DNA of 64,000 nucleotides from an uncultured delta proteobacterium (GCA_963745035.1 CAVUVW010000005.1:1-64000), one strand, 5' to 3'. Positions 31,377-46,453 are shown, numbered from the stretch's first letter. Notes: generated by a model from the letters alone, not told the origin. Translations and numbers: made by a program.

Positions 31377-31485
31377 CTTTCCTCCGGTTCGTACACTGGC
31401 TTCGTCGGCGCACGCCAAATCGACAGCCAGCGGGCCCGCTTGCGGACGACATGACCCATGGCTCGGCTTGCCGGGCGGCGGATTT

Positions 31486-33009
31486 TCACATCCTCCGATC
31501 CAAACTCCGGTATTGAATCGCCTCGGCGATGTGCGAGGCTTGGATGTCTTCGGCGCCGGCCAAATCGGCAATGGTGCGGCCGACTTTGAGGACGCGGCTG
31601 TAGGCGCGGGCGCTCAGCCCCAGCTTGTTGATGGCGGTCTCCAACAGCCTTTCGGCGTCGTCCTTCACCACGCAATAACGTTTGATTTCGCGGGTGCTCA
31701 TCTGCGCGTTGGCGTGGAGTCTGGTTTTCTCGAAACGCTGCAGTTGCAGCGCGCGGGCGGCGTTTACGCGTTGACGAATGATCTCCGAGCTTTCTCCTGC
31801 GTCTTTGGTGGCGAGCTCTTGATAGCGCAAAGTCGGCACTTCAACCTGGATATCGATGCGATCGAGGAGTGGCCCGGACACTTTGGAGCGGTAGCGCTGG
31901 ATCTGGAGCGGCGTGCAGACGCATTCTTTTTGCGGGTCGGTAAGAAAGCCGCAGGGGCAAGGGTTCATCGCGGCGACGAGCATAAAACTTGCCGGATAAT
32001 TGATCGAGCCCATCGCGCGGGAAACGGTGATGTTGCCGTCTTCGAGCGGCTGGCGCATCACTTCCAAAACGTTGCGGCGGAATTCCGGCAGCTCGTCTAA
32101 AAACAATACGCCGTTGTGCGCGAGTGAAACTTCGCCCGGCTTGGGCACCGTACCGCCGCCGACCAGACCGGCATCAGAAATCGTGTGGTGCGGTGAGCGA
32201 AACGGCCGTGTGGCGATGATCGCCTGACCGTTGAGCGTTCCCATGACGCTGTGGATCTTGGTGGTCTCCAGCGCTTCGGTCAAGGTCAAATCCGGCAGGA
32301 TCGTCGGCAGTCGTTTCGCGAGCATAGTCTTGCCGGACCCGGGCGGGCCGACGAGGATGACGTTGTGGCCGCCGGCGGCGGCCACTTCCAGGGCGCGCTT
32401 GACGTGCTGCTGGCCTTTGACGTCGTTGAAATCGGCGTTGTACTGCGAGTGGCGCGTGAACAGATCGGCAACGTTCACGGTGGTCGGCTCGATGGCTTGC
32501 GCGCCGTTCAAAAACTCCACCACCTGGGGCAAGTTGCGCACGCCAAGGACTTCAACTTCGCTTACGACCGCAGCCTCGGACGCGTTTTGCTCGGGCAGAA
32601 TCAGGCCTTTCACCCGGTCTTTTTTTGCGGCCATGGCGATCGGCAAGGCGCCGCGCACCGGCTTGATTGAGCCGTCGAGCGAGAGCTCGCCGATCAGAAG
32701 ATATTCCTCGAGCAACCGCTTCCCGATGGCCTCCTCCGCCGCGAGAATTCCCACGGCCATCGGTAGGTCGTAGGCGGATCCTTCCTTTTTGATATCGGCC
32801 GGAGCGAGGTTGATGGTGATGCGCTTGGCGGGAAACGTGTAGCCGCAGTTTTTCACCGCGGCGCGAATGCGGTCTTTGCTTTCCTTCACCGCGCCTTCCG
32901 GCAGGCCGACCGTGGCGAGCTGCGGCAGACCGGATGCAAGATCAATCTCGACCTCGACCCGCAGAGCATCGATGCCGTACAGAGCGGCGCTGTTCACTTT
33001 GGCGAGCAT
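31486..33009 (-). CDS. comM: YifB/ComM Mg-chelatase-like AAA+ ATPase
   Basis: ITINLAPADIKKEGSAYDL, GPPGSGKT, PFRSPHH, LFLDELPEF, AAMNPCPCG. Confidence 0.93.
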   Translation of the reverse strand: MLAKVNSAALYGIDALRVEVEIDLASGLPQLATVGLPEGAVKESKDRIRAAVKNCGYTFPAKRITINLAPADIKKEGSAYDLPMAVGILAAEEAIGKRLLEEYLLIGELSLDGSIKPVRGALPIAMAAKKDRVKGLILPEQNASEAAVVSEVEVLGVRNLPQVVEFLNGAQAIEPTTVNVADLFTRHSQYNADFNDVKGQQHVKRALEVAAAGGHNVILVGPPGSGKTMLAKRLPTILPDLTLTEALETTKIHSVMGTLNGQAIIATRPFRSPHHTISDAGLVGGGTVPKPGEVSLAHNGVLFLDELPEFRRNVLEVMRQPLEDGNITVSRAMGSINYPASFMLVAAMNPCPCGFLTDPQKECVCTPLQIQRYRSKVSGPLLDRIDIQVEVPTLRYQELATKDAGESSEIIRQRVNAARALQLQRFEKTRLHANAQMSTREIKRYCVVKDDAERLLETAINKLGLSARAYSRVLKVGRTIADLAGAEDIQASHIAEAIQYRSLDRRM

Positions 33010-33149
33010 GGCCGGGCGCGAAGCGTCCGTACGCTAGCAAAGCACCGGTGGAAGCACAAACGGTATTTGGCGAGAACGGGGATCGACTTCGGAAATGATC
33101 GCTTGGGTTCGAGTTGAGGATCGATGATTGAGGACGAGGATCGCGCCGA

Positions 33150-33383
33150 CTAGAATTTATCTTTCTTCAATGACTTGAGCGATGATGGGCGAGCGCGTAA
33201 TGCATCGTCCTTGGTGACTCGGTCGAAGACGTGAACGCCGCGGTTGTGAAGCAAGGTCGGCTGCGAGACCGTGCGCCTGGCGGTCGCCGAGCAAACGCCG
33301 CAGCGCTTGAGCGGCCTGTCGCTGATCTTTTGGATCGCTTCGAAGCGGTGGCCCTTGGCGCATTCGTATTCGTAGAGCGGCAT
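33150..33383 (-). CDS. FmdB-family zinc-ribbon protein
   Basis: MPLYEYECAKGHRFE...CGVC. Confidence 0.82.
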   Translation of the reverse strand: MPLYEYECAKGHRFEAIQKISDRPLKRCGVCSATARRTVSQPTLLHNRGVHVFDRVTKDDALRARPSSLKSLKKDKF

Positions 33384-33503
33384 GGAGATGTGCCTTACCA
33401 CGCCGACGCCTTCTTCTCAATTGAACGTAGCCGCTTTCCCATTTTTGGGACCGATAGGGCGAAGGGCGCATTGAATTCCCTACGAAAACAGATCCCGGAT
33501 TTC

Positions 33504-33518
33504 TGGCAGGTGATTTGC
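33504..33518 (+). promoter_or_regulatory. Putative sigma54 (-24/-12) promoter
   Basis: TGGCAGGTGATTTGC upstream of the 25-aa ORF. Confidence 0.6.
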
Positions 33519-33600
33519 GTCAGCCAAGGAAACGGCGATCGCGGCGTATTCGTCCGTGATCGCGATAATAATTCTTAGATTGTTAGAAGGAGGTGTCCTT

Positions 33601-33678
33601 ATGCCCGGCAACATTTTTTACATCATCGGCGTGGTCGTTGTGGTTTTATTCATTCTCGGCTACTTGGGTTTGCGTTAG
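33601..33678 (+). CDS. 25-aa single-TM small protein [25 protein letters not shown]
   Basis: Strong AAGGAGGTG RBS, ATG at 33601, TAG at 33678, one hydrophobic helix. Below the ORF-track size cutoff. Confidence 0.78.
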   Translation: MPGNIFYIIGVVVVVLFILGYLGLR

Positions 33679-33872
33679 GGCCGCCGGTATAGCAACTGCC
33701 GCTAGACGCCGATTTTCTTGCGATACCAAGCATCGCAAAGCGCCTCTCCATATTTTTGTTTGTCCCCCAGGCGGTGGTTCTGGTTCGCCCGCTTTAGAGC
33801 GGTCTCGACCAAACGTATTGTCAGCGGGTTGAACCGACCGATTGGAATAGAGTTGGCGAGGCCATTCTGCGT

Positions 33873-33901
33873 TTGCCGCTCGAAAAATTTCCTGGTATAA
33901 G
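33873..33901 (+). promoter_or_regulatory. Putative sigma70 promoter of guaBA
   Basis: TTGCCG-17 bp-TATAAG with an extended -10 TG. Confidence 0.6.
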
Positions 33902-33906
33902 ACTTC

Positions 33907-33969
33907 ATGTTTGCTTGTGAACAAACGAGCAGCGCCAAAACCCAGGCCCAGGTCTGGGTTTTTTTTTAG
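33907..33969 (+). CDS. Putative leaderless leader peptide (20 aa) of a guaBA attenuator
   Basis: ATG at the predicted +1; [20 protein letters not shown], with the stop at the end of the terminator U-tract. Confidence 0.45.
   Translation: MFACEQTSSAKTQAQVWVFF
33937..33967 (+). terminator. Intrinsic terminator/attenuator hairpin in the guaB leader
   Basis: AAAACCCAGGC-CCAG-GTCTGGGTTTT with a 9-T run, about 20 nt before the guaB start. Confidence 0.72.
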
Positions 33970-33985
33970 CCTCGCTCGGAGGTGA

Positions 33986-36988
<3,003 letters not shown>

Positions 36989-37003
36989 TTCGTCAGCCGC
37001 TGC

Positions 37004-37453
37004 ATGAAAGAAATCGCCCAAGTTCTGCTGTTCGATCGGCATGGCCGGCTGCTCATCTATCTGCGCGACGACAAGCCGGAGATCCCGTTTCCCAATCGCT
37101 GGGATTTTTTCGGCGGCCATCTGGAACCGGATGAAACACCAGAGCAAGCGTTGGTCCGCGAGGTGAGCGAAGAGCTGGGCGTGCGATTGGAAGCGTGGCA
37201 ATTCTTCCGCCGTTACGAATGCCATTCCGGCGATGCTTATCCCAACATCAAGCATATCTACCACGCGCAGATCGACCGGCGCGCGACGGAGCTGACGCTC
37301 GCCGAAGGACAGCGACTTGCGGCGATCGCGCGCGCGGAGCGAAGCGGCTTTGCCTTCGCCAATATTCTCGCGGCCATTCTCGAAGATTTCATCGCCGCCG
37401 GTCTGTGGCCGGTTCCTGTGGATAACTCTTTTGCGCGAGTAGCCGGCAAATAA
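37004..37453 (+). CDS. NUDIX hydrolase
   Basis: Nudix box GGHLEPDETPEQALVREVSEELG. Confidence 0.9.
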   Translation: MKEIAQVLLFDRHGRLLIYLRDDKPEIPFPNRWDFFGGHLEPDETPEQALVREVSEELGVRLEAWQFFRRYECHSGDAYPNIKHIYHAQIDRRATELTLAEGQRLAAIARAERSGFAFANILAAILEDFIAAGLWPVPVDNSFARVAGK

Positions 37454-37495
37454 TTTGTCGCGCGGTTTGCTTTGTGCTAGTTGTTACGTAGCCCG

Positions 37496-40400
37496 ATGGA
37501 ATCTTCTCGCTTCGTTCATCTTCACTGCCATACCGAATACAGCCTGCTCGACGGCGCCAACAAGGTCGATAAGCTCTTCGAGCGCATCAGAGCGCTGAAG
37601 CAGCCGGCCGTCGCCATGACCGACCATGGCAACATGTTCGGCGCGGTCGAGTTCTATCGCGAAGCGGTGAGCCGCGGCATCAAGCCGATCATCGGCTGCG
37701 AAATCTACGTGGCGCCGACCAGCCGGTTCGAAAAAAAGGGCGTCGACAAGGGCCCCAAGGAATACAATAACCATCTGATCCTGCTAGCGATGAACAACGA
37801 GGGCTACCGCAATCTCTGCAAGCTGGTTTCGCTCGGCTACATGGAAGGCTTCTATTACAAGCCGCGCATCGACAAGGAGCTGCTAAAAGAGCTCAATGGT
37901 GGCTTGATCGCCTTGAGTGCGTGCTTGCAAGGCGAGATCTCGCAGGCGCTCAACTACGGCATTTACGAAAAAGCCAAGGCCGCGGCCGAAACCTACGCGT
38001 CGATTTTCGGCGACCGCTACTACATCGAGATCCAGGACAACAAGCTGGCCGAGCAGGAAAAAGTGAACCGCGAGCTGGTCGAACTCGCCAAAGAGTTGTC
38101 GCTTCCTGTCGTGGCCACCAACGACTGTCACTACGGCGAGCGCGCCGACTTCCACGCCCACGACGTGCTCCTGTGCGTGCAGACCGGGAAAACCGTCGCC
38201 GACGACAATCGTTTGAAGCTCGAAACCGACGAGCTCTATCTCAAATCCGCAGACGAGATGATCCACGGGTTCGATTATTGCCCGGGAGCGGTCGAGCGCA
38301 CGTTGGAAATCGCCGAGCGCTGCAACGTCGAGATCGAGTTCGGCAAGTATCATTTCCCGACGTTCAAGCCGCCCAAGGAAATCAGTCTCGACGACTACCT
38401 CGACGAGCTGGCGCGCCAGGGACTTGAAGAGCGGCTCGACGGCGTGACCGACGACGAAACGCGCAAGAGCTATTACGAGCGCCTGGAATACGAGCTCGAC
38501 GTCATCAAACGCATGCAGTTCCCCGGCTACTTTCTGGTGGTGGCCGATTTTATCAACTACGCCAAGCAAAGCGGCATCCCGGTGGGTCCGGGACGGGGCT
38601 CGTCGGCGGGCAGTCTGGTCGCCTATGCGCTGCGTATCACCGATCTCGATCCGATCCGCCATATCCTGCTGTTCGAGCGCTTCCTCAATCCCGAGCGCCG
38701 CTCGATGCCCGATATCGACGTCGACTTTTGCATTCGCGGGCGCGCCCAGGTCATCCAATACGTCAAAGACCGGTACGGCGCCGACCGTGTGGCGCAGATC
38801 GCGACATTTGGAACGCTCAAGGCCAAAGCGGCGATCCGCGACGTCGGCCGCGCCATCGGCATGTCCTTTGCCGAGACCGACGCCATCGCCAAGTTGATTC
38901 CCGCGCCCAAGCAAGGTTTCGACTACCCGCTCACCGAGGCGCTGAAGATGGAGCCGCGCTTGCCGGAGATGATGAAGAGTGACCCGCGGGTCAAAACCTT
39001 GATCGAGCACGCACTCCGATTGGAAGGTTTGGTGCGCCACGCCTCGACCCACGCCGCCGGCGTGGTGCTGTCGAATCTACCGCTGGTCGATCACCTGCCG
39101 CTGTTCGTCGATAAAGAGGGCGGCATCGTCACCCAGTACGACATGAGCTGCGTCGAGAAGATCGGCCTGGTCAAATTCGATTTCCTCGGTCTCAAGACCC
39201 TGACCTTGATCCACGACTGCCTGAAGCTGATCGAGGTGACGCGCGGCGAGAAGCTCGATATCAACCGCATGGAGCTCGCCGACAAAAAAACCTATCGAAC
39301 GCTTTGCAACGGCAACACCACGGGTGTGTTCCAACTGGAAAGCACCGGCATCCGCGAGATGACGGTGAAGATCCGGCCCAATTGCTTCGAGGACCTGGTT
39401 GCCATCCTGGCGCTCTATCGTCCCGGCCCGCTCGATAGCGGCATGGCCGAAGAGTACATCAAACGCAAGCACGGCAAGGAAAAGATCAAGTACCTGCACC
39501 CGCTGCTCGAATCGATCCTGAAAGACACTTACGGCGTGATCGTCTATCAAGAGCAGGTCATGCAAATCGCCCAGGTGCTCGGCGGCTACACTATGGGCGA
39601 CGCCGATATTCTGCGCCGCGCCATGGGCAAGAAAGACCCCGAAGAGATGGCCGCCCAGCGCGACCGCTTCGTCGAGGGAGCCAAGCAGCAAAAAATCGAC
39701 GAGAAAAAAGCCACCGAAATCTTCGACCAAATGGAAACCTTCGCGCGCTACGGCTTCAACAAATCGCACTCGGCCGCCTACGCTCTGGTTTCCTACCAGA
39801 CCGCCTATCTGAAAACTCATTATCCCGTGGAGTTCATGGCCGCTTTGATGACCTCGGAGATGGGCGACACGGACAAGGTGATCAAGAATCTCGCCGAGTG
39901 TCGGGAAATGGAGATCGAAGTTCTGGCGCCGGACATCAACGAAAGCCGTTCGGATTTCACTCCGGTGGGCGATAAAATCCGCTTCGGGCTCACGGCGGTT
40001 AAAAACGTCGGCGAAAAGGCGGTGGAAGTCATCCTGCAAAGCCGCAACCAGGACGGTCCGTTCCAGTCTCTTTTCGATTTTTGCCGGCGGGTGGACATGA
40101 CCGCGGTCAACCGCCGGGTAATCGAAAACCTGATCAAGTGCGGCGCCTACGATTCCACCCAGGTGTCGCGCGCGCGCATGCTCGGAGCGCTCGATGACGC
40201 CATGAAGGCGGGCCAGGCGCACCAGCGCGATCAGGCGAGCAATCAGATCGATATTTTCGCCATCCTCGGCATGGCGACCAAGAGCGGTCCGAAGCCTGGA
40301 GACGTTTACGCTCAGGTGGCCGAATGGTCGTCGCAGGAGCTGCTCGCCTTCGAAAAGGAAGCGCTGGGGTTTTATATTACCGGCCATCCGCTCGACAAGT

Positions 40401-41002
40401 ACGACCGCGCGCTCAAAAAGATCACGAGCGGCACTATTGCCGCGCTCAAGGAAAAGGCCGCCGCGGGAGAAGTTCGCCTCGGCGGGGTGGTGTCGGCGTT
40501 GAAGCTGCGCAACACTAAGAAAGGCGATCGCTACAGTAACTTCAATCTCGAGGACAAGACCGGCTTCGTCGAAGTGATCGCCTGGCCGGACACGTACAAG
40601 CGCTGCGCCGAGCTGCTCGGCGGCGACGATCCCATTTTCGTCAAAGGCCGCCTGGAAGTCGGCGAAGACCGCATGCAGGTGATCGCCAACGAGATCGGGA
40701 CGCTGGCTGAAGCGGTGAAAAACCCGAAAAACGGCGCATCCAACGGCAACGGCAAGTTGAACGGGGAAAAGGTCCATCTCTACGTGCGCGAGCGCGATGT
40801 GTCCGCCGACGAGCTGGTGCGGCTACGCGATACCTTGCTCGACTATCCGGGTCGCGCCACTGTGTTCCTCCACATGCTCGGCGTCGGCGAAACCGTCATC
40901 GAGCTTCCCGACCAAGTGCGCGTTTCCGCGACGCCGGAGCTGGCGGCGGTGGTGGAGCGGCTGTTCGGTCCGCGCGTCAGCTTCCAAGCGCTAAACTCTT
41001 GA
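37496..41002 (+). CDS. dnaE: DNA polymerase III alpha subunit
   Basis: PHP domain [36 protein letters not shown]-fold C-terminus. Confidence 0.98.
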   Translation: MESSRFVHLHCHTEYSLLDGANKVDKLFERIRALKQPAVAMTDHGNMFGAVEFYREAVSRGIKPIIGCEIYVAPTSRFEKKGVDKGPKEYNNHLILLAMNNEGYRNLCKLVSLGYMEGFYYKPRIDKELLKELNGGLIALSACLQGEISQALNYGIYEKAKAAAETYASIFGDRYYIEIQDNKLAEQEKVNRELVELAKELSLPVVATNDCHYGERADFHAHDVLLCVQTGKTVADDNRLKLETDELYLKSADEMIHGFDYCPGAVERTLEIAERCNVEIEFGKYHFPTFKPPKEISLDDYLDELARQGLEERLDGVTDDETRKSYYERLEYELDVIKRMQFPGYFLVVADFINYAKQSGIPVGPGRGSSAGSLVAYALRITDLDPIRHILLFERFLNPERRSMPDIDVDFCIRGRAQVIQYVKDRYGADRVAQIATFGTLKAKAAIRDVGRAIGMSFAETDAIAKLIPAPKQGFDYPLTEALKMEPRLPEMMKSDPRVKTLIEHALRLEGLVRHASTHAAGVVLSNLPLVDHLPLFVDKEGGIVTQYDMSCVEKIGLVKFDFLGLKTLTLIHDCLKLIEVTRGEKLDINRMELADKKTYRTLCNGNTTGVFQLESTGIREMTVKIRPNCFEDLVAILALYRPGPLDSGMAEEYIKRKHGKEKIKYLHPLLESILKDTYGVIVYQEQVMQIAQVLGGYTMGDADILRRAMGKKDPEEMAAQRDRFVEGAKQQKIDEKKATEIFDQMETFARYGFNKSHSAAYALVSYQTAYLKTHYPVEFMAALMTSEMGDTDKVIKNLAECREMEIEVLAPDINESRSDFTPVGDKIRFGLTAVKNVGEKAVEVILQSRNQDGPFQSLFDFCRRVDMTAVNRRVIENLIKCGAYDSTQVSRARMLGALDDAMKAGQAHQRDQASNQIDIFAILGMATKSGPKPGDVYAQVAEWSSQELLAFEKEALGFYITGHPLDKYDRALKKITSGTIAALKEKAAAGEVRLGGVVSALKLRNTKKGDRYSNFNLEDKTGFVEVIAWPDTYKRCAELLGGDDPIFVKGRLEVGEDRMQVIANEIGTLAEAVKNPKNGASNGNGKLNGEKVHLYVRERDVSADELVRLRDTLLDYPGRATVFLHMLGVGETVIELPDQVRVSATPELAAVVERLFGPRVSFQALNS

Positions 41003-42300
41003 AATCCGTTGTTTCAACACGGCCGCCGAAAGAGCGCGCCTTGCTCGTCGGAGTTGCGCTGCCCGCGCGCGACCGGCAAGCGCCGCTCGATCTGAGCCTC
41101 GAGGAGCTCGAAAGGCTGGCCGAAACCGCCGGCGCGACGGTGCTGGCAAGGCACAGCCAGCAGGTGAAAAGCATCACGCCGGCGACGTTGATCGGGCGCG
41201 GCAAGGTCGAAGAGATCCAAAAGTCTTTGCGCGACAGCCATGCCGATCTCGTGATCGTCGACGAGGATTTGACCCCGGCGCAGCAGCGCAATCTGGAAGC
41301 GGCGTTCAAAGTTCGGGTCATCGACCGCAGCCAGCTCATTCTCGATATTTTCGCCCAGCGCGCGCGCAGCAACGAAGGCAAGCTGCAAGTCGAGCTGGCA
41401 CAACTCGAATATCTGCTGCCGCGTCTCACGCGCCAGTGGACCCATCTTTCCCGCCTGGGCGGCGGCATCGGCACCCGCGGCCCGGGCGAAACCCAACTCG
41501 AAGTGGACCGGCGGCGCATCCGCGAGCGCATCGGCCATCTGAAACAGCGGCTGAAAACGGTCGAGCGAACGCGCGCACTGCAGCGCCAGGAGCGCCACGA
41601 AGTGCCCTTCGCCACCGTGGCGCTGGTCGGTTACACCAACGCCGGAAAATCGACGTTGATGAACACCCTCACGCGCGCCGGCGTGTTCGTCGAGGACAAA
41701 CTTTTTGCGACGCTGGATCCGACGACCCGCGCCCTGCGGCTGCCCAACGCCGACAAGGTGATGCTCGTCGACACCGTCGGCTTTATCAACAAGATTCCCC
41801 ACTCGCTGATCGAGGCGTTCAAGAGCACGCTCGAAGAAGTGAGCCGCGCCGACTTGCTGCTGCATCTGATCGATATGTCGAACCCGCTCTGGGAAGAGCA
41901 GATTCACGTCATCGAGAAAGCCCTCGGCGAGATCGGTGCGGCGGAGATTCCCACCGTGCTTGTGCCCAACAAAATCGATGTGGCCACAGCGCCGCCGGCA
42001 GCGCGGCTGAAAGCGGACGGCGCGCTCGATGTCTGTCCGATATCGGCTCTCACCGGCGCGGGCGTCGATCGGCTGCTCGAAACGGTGGGACAAATTCTCG
42101 ACCGCGGCAAGGAAGAGTTTCATGCCTGCTTCGCGCCGTCCCAGGGCGAGTTGGTCGCGCTCTTGCGCGAGCGCGGCCGCGTGGTCAGCGAAAGCTACGA
42201 CGGCGACGCGATTCGCGTAACCGCCATGGTTACGCCGAAGCTTGCCGGGCAGGTGCGCAAGCTCTTGCGCAAGGCTGCGGTTCGCGAACGGTTGTCATGA
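40999..42300 (+). CDS. hflX: GTPase HflX
   Basis: [35 protein letters not shown]. Confidence 0.97.
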   Translation: MKSVVSTRPPKERALLVGVALPARDRQAPLDLSLEELERLAETAGATVLARHSQQVKSITPATLIGRGKVEEIQKSLRDSHADLVIVDEDLTPAQQRNLEAAFKVRVIDRSQLILDIFAQRARSNEGKLQVELAQLEYLLPRLTRQWTHLSRLGGGIGTRGPGETQLEVDRRRIRERIGHLKQRLKTVERTRALQRQERHEVPFATVALVGYTNAGKSTLMNTLTRAGVFVEDKLFATLDPTTRALRLPNADKVMLVDTVGFINKIPHSLIEAFKSTLEEVSRADLLLHLIDMSNPLWEEQIHVIEKALGEIGAAEIPTVLVPNKIDVATAPPAARLKADGALDVCPISALTGAGVDRLLETVGQILDRGKEEFHACFAPSQGELVALLRERGRVVSESYDGDAIRVTAMVTPKLAGQVRKLLRKAAVRERLS

Positions 42301-42523
42301 TTCGCAAGCCGCAGTCGAGCCCGCGCGACGCAATCCTTCCGCGTGAAGAGACAATGCTTTACTGCCGCCGAGCGGATTGTGATCAGCAGTGGTTTATGAA
42401 GAATCGTTGCCGTCTTGGAGATGCTGGCAAGGCGCGGAAGAGTTTGCGGCCGCGCGCTTGGGTGTCTGCGCTACCGGGAGCGGCCGAGCCGAGTTAGCAC
42501 CGCGGAAGCCGGAATGACGCATC

Positions 42524-43090
42524 ATGCTCAATCTCGCCAATTGCTTGACGCTCTTTCGCATCCTGACGATCCCGGTCTTTCTTGAGTTGCTCGTCTACCA
42601 CTTTTACTGGCAAGCGCTGCTGGTGTTCGCCATCGGCGGATTCAGCGATTTTTTCGACGGCTTTGTCGCCCGCAGGATGAACCAGCAAACCGCGCTGGGC
42701 GCGTATCTCGACCCAGTCGCCGACAAGCTGCTGGTCATCACCTCATTCATCATGCTCGGCTTGATCGGCGGCCTGCCGGTTTGGCTCAGTGTGCTGGTCG
42801 TGGTTCGCGATGTTCTGATCGTCGTCGGCTATGGAATTATTTACTTTCTGCTAGAGGAGCGGCTGCAAGTCCGGCCGAGCCGTATCGGCAAGTGGAGCAC
42901 GACCTTGCAGCTTCTGACTTTGGCGCTAGCGTTGCTCATGCTTCACGATCCAAAGCTGCTCAGCCCGCGAGTGCTCGATGTGTTTATCGCCGCCAGTGCG
43001 CTCGCCACCGTCGCATCCGGCTTACAGTATCTGTACCGGGGCTTTGTTTGGCTGCAAAATAGAGCATCCTCAATCGCTCCCCCCGGTTGA
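42524..43090 (+). CDS. CDP-alcohol phosphatidyltransferase (PgsA-like)
   Basis: NLANCLTLFR, DFFDGFVARR...LGAYLDPVADK. Confidence 0.92.
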   Translation: MLNLANCLTLFRILTIPVFLELLVYHFYWQALLVFAIGGFSDFFDGFVARRMNQQTALGAYLDPVADKLLVITSFIMLGLIGGLPVWLSVLVVVRDVLIVVGYGIIYFLLEERLQVRPSRIGKWSTTLQLLTLALALLMLHDPKLLSPRVLDVFIAASALATVASGLQYLYRGFVWLQNRASSIAPPG

Positions 43091-43237
43091 CACGGCTATG
43101 GGAAATTGATAATAAAATCGGTCTCTTGCATTGTCAATGTCGATCGCTACGGGGATCCCCCGACCGGCAATTGGAACAAGCCGCAAAGACGATTTTGTTA
43201 AGGTTATCTCGTTTGATTCACTACGTTTGGTTCATGC

Positions 43238-43312
43238 AGGCACGTAGCTCAGTGGGAGAGCGCTTCCTTGACACGGAAGAGGTCGGCAGTTCAATCCTGC
43301 CCGTGCCTACCA
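43238..43312 (+). tRNA. tRNA-Val (GAC)
   Basis: Acceptor AGGCACG/CGTGCCT, anticodon arm CTTCC-TTGACAC-GGAAG, T-loop GTTCAAT, encoded CCA. Confidence 0.97.
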
Positions 43313-43326
43313 TTTTCTCTTTTTAA

Positions 43327-45242
43327 ATGGACAGCATTCGGATCATTTTATCGGGCGGCAAGTCCGTCGATGTGCGTCCCGGCACGACGATCGACGAGAT
43401 CGCCACGTCCAGCGGCGTGAGAAAAGCGGCCATCGCCGCCAAAGTCGACGGGCGGGCGGTGGATCTCGCGCGCTCTCTCGACCGTGATTGTAGCCTCGAT
43501 TTTGTCTTGCCGGACAGTCCCGAGGGGCTGGAAGTGCTGCGCCATTCCACTGCTCATCTCATGGCCCAGGCGGTGCAGGATCTGTTTCCGGGGACTCAAG
43601 TGACGATCGGGCCGACCATTGAGGACGGCTTTTACTACGACTTCAAGAGCGATCACATTTTTTCTCCGGAGGATCTGGAGCTCATCGAGAAGCGCATGCA
43701 GGAGTTGGCGAAGGCCGATTTGAAAGTCGTGCGCGAGGAGCTGTCGCGCGCCGAGGCGATCGCGCTGTTTCGCCAGATGGGCGAGGACTACAAGGTTCAG
43801 ATCATCGAAGGCATCCCGGAGGAAACGGTTTCGCTCTATCGCCAGGGCGACTGGGTGGACCTCTGCCGCGGCCCGCACGTGCCGAGCACCGGAGCGATCA
43901 AGGCTTTCAAGCTGACCAGCATCGCCGGCGCTTACTGGCGCGGCGACTCACGCAACGAGCAGCTCCAGCGCATTTACGGCACCGCCTGGGCCAATCGGAA
44001 AGATTTAGACGCGTATCTGAAGCGCATCGAAGAAGCGAAACAGCGCGACCACCGCCGGCTCGGCCCCGCGCTGGATCTGTTTTCGCTCCACCCGATCGCG
44101 CCGGGGTCGCCGTTTTTTCATCCCAAGGGCGCGATCATTTACAACCTTTTGGTTCAGTACATCCGCGCTCTCTACGGCCGCTACGGCTACAGCGAGGTGG
44201 TGACGCCGCTCATCTACAAAACCGATCTGTGGAAAACCTCGGGCCATTACGAAGCTTTCCACGACGATATGTTCTTGATGAACGTGCACGACGGCGAGTA
44301 TGGCGTGAAGCCGATGAACTGCCCGGGGCATTGCTATCTGTTCGGCTCGCGGAAATATTCTTATCGCGATCTGCCGGTCCGCTACGCCGATTTCAGCCGG
44401 CTGCACCGCTTCGAGCAATCCGGCGTGCTTTCCGGCCTGATGCGCGTGCGCTCGTTTGCCCAGGACGATGCGCATATTTACTGCACGCCCGAGCAGCTCG
44501 ACGACGAGCTCGAACAATTCGTCGCGATGACGCGCGAGGTTTATAAAGTATTCGGCTTTGACCGCATCGAAGTCACTTTGCAGACCCGACCGGAAAAATT
44601 TCTCGGCCGCGTCGAGCTGTGGGACGCCGCCGAGGCGGCGCTGCGCCGCTGTCTCGAGCGGGCGGGATTCACGGTGGAGATCTTGCCGGGCGAGGGAGCG
44701 TTTTACGGGCCCAAAATCGGCTTCGATTTTCGCGACGTGTTGGAGCGTTCGTGGACCTTGGCGACCGTGCAGATCGACTGCGCCATGCCCGAGCGCTTCG
44801 GCCTCAATTACGTGACTCCGGAGGGAACCGAAGCGACGCCGGTGATGATCCATCGGGCGGTGCTAGGCTCCATCGAACGCTTCATCGCCATTCTTTTGGA
44901 ACATTGCGCCGGTGCTTTCCCGCTCTGGCTCGCGCCGGTGCAGGCGAGAATCTTGACCGTCACCGACGATCAGAAGGAATATGCGGCTCGGGTTCTTGGC
45001 GACCTGCGCCGAGACGGCTGGCGCGCCGAGCTCGACGGGCGTAACGAAAAGCTCGGCTACAAGATACGCGAAGCGCAGCTCGCGAAGATTCCCTACGCAA
45101 TCGTGATCGGCGACAAAGAGGTGGCGGCGGCAAACCGTGGCGCCGCGCCGGCGCGGCGGCGAAAATCTCGCACCGCAGCCCGTCGCTCAATTCAGTCGAA
45201 CGGCTGCGCGCCGAGGTTGCACAAGAAATCGGAGAAGCATAA
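43327..45242 (+). CDS. thrS: Threonyl-tRNA synthetase (frameshifts near the 3' end)
   Basis: RHSTAHLMA, DLCRGPH, KPMNCPGH, FYGPKI, IHRAVLGSIERF. Confidence 0.97.
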
Positions 45243-45275
45243 AAATAGGGATCAAACCAGGACTGGAGGTGTCCT

Positions 45276-45782
45276 ATCGCCAGAGAAGCGAGGATCAATC
45301 ATCAAATTCGCGCCCGTGAAGTACGGGTCATCGGACCGAAGGGCGAGCAGCTCGGCGTCATGGCGCTGCATGAAGCGCTCAAGCAAGTGGACGCGCTGGA
45401 AATGGACTTGGTGGAAGTCGCGCCCGATGCCCAGCCGCCGGTTTGTCGCATGATGGATTACGGCAAATTTCGCTACGAGCAGAAAAAACGCTCTCATAGC
45501 GGCAAGAAGCCGTCGGTCGTCGAAATCAAAGAAGTCAAAATGGGTTCTCGCACCGACGCTCACGACGTGGAGCATAAGGTTCGCAACATTCGCCAGTTCA
45601 TCGGGAAAGGGCAACGGGTCAAAGTGTCGGTCTTCTTTCGCGGCAGGGAAATCACGCATCCGGAGCTGGGCAGGCAGATGCTCAAGGGCGTAGTTGTGCA
45701 AGTGCAGGACATCGCCAAAGTCGATATCGAGCCGCGCCTGGAAGGACGCAATATGGCAATGCTGCTTACGCCCAAGGCATGA
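45276..45782 (+). CDS. infC: Translation initiation factor IF-3, ATC start codon
   Basis: GGAGGT SD then ATC-GCC-AGA-GAA-GCG-AGG-ATC-AAT (IAREARINHQIRAREVRVI), in frame with ORF 45360..45782 (LVEVAP...CRMMDYGKF). Confidence 0.93.
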   Translation: MAREARINHQIRAREVRVIGPKGEQLGVMALHEALKQVDALEMDLVEVAPDAQPPVCRMMDYGKFRYEQKKRSHSGKKPSVVEIKEVKMGSRTDAHDVEHKVRNIRQFIGKGQRVKVSVFFRGREITHPELGRQMLKGVVVQVQDIAKVDIEPRLEGRNMAMLLTPKA

Positions 45783-45815
45783 TCGGATTCATCAATCAAA
45801 TTAGAGGAGCAAAAA

Positions 45816-46013
45816 GTGCCAAAGATCAAAACCAACAGAGCCGCAGCGAAGCGTTTCCGCGTGACCGGCAGCGGCAAGATCAAGCGCAACAAGGGGTACA
45901 AGCGCCATATTTTGTCGAGCAAGGGGAAGAAGCGCAAGCGCCAACTGCGCAAGGCGACGACCGTGGCGGCGGTGGAGTCGCGCAATATTCGCCGGCTCAT
46001 ACCCTACAAGTAA
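45816..46013 (+). CDS. rpmI: 50S ribosomal protein L35
   Basis: [21 protein letters not shown]. Confidence 0.97.
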   Translation: MPKIKTNRAAAKRFRVTGSGKIKRNKGYKRHILSSKGKKRKRQLRKATTVAAVESRNIRRLIPYK

Positions 46014-46093
46014 ACAGGCCTGAGTAACGAGGACGGAGAAGCGATTCGGTTCCAGTGCTCAGTCCGTCAGTCCCTATTAGGAAGGAGTTTTTC

Positions 46094-46453
46094 GTGCCCA
46101 GAGCTAAAGGTGGAAGCAAATCGAGACAACGGCGCAAAAAGATCATGAAGCTTGCCAAGGGCTACGTCGGCGGGCGGGGACGACTATATCGCTCCGCGCG
46201 CGAGACGGTGGAGCGCGCTTTGGTTTTCGCCTACCGGGATCGGCGGGTCAAAAAGAGAACCTTTCGGGGTTTGTGGATCACGCGGATCGGGGCGGCGGCG
46301 AAGATCAACGGCCTGTCGTACAGCCAACTCATCAAGGGACTCAAGCAAGCCGGAGTGGAGTTGGATCGAAAGATCCTGGCGGAAATCGCCGTCGCCGACA
46401 TGGCGGGTTTCGGCCAGTTGGCCCAGACCGCGAAGTCTCACCTCAACGCTTAG
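46094..46453 (+). CDS. rplT: 50S ribosomal protein L20
   Basis: MPRAKGG...[20 protein letters not shown]...[10 protein letters not shown]. Confidence 0.97.
   Translation: MPRAKGGSKSRQRRKKIMKLAKGYVGGRGRLYRSARETVERALVFAYRDRRVKKRTFRGLWITRIGAAAKINGLSYSQLIKGLKQAGVELDRKILAEIAVADMAGFGQLAQTAKSHLNA

Noticed and set aside
42297-42497. 66-aa ORF between hflX and the phosphatidyltransferase (MIRKPQSS...)
   Set aside because: It overlaps the hflX stop (ATGA) but has no recognisable motif or RBS, so there is too little support to call it.
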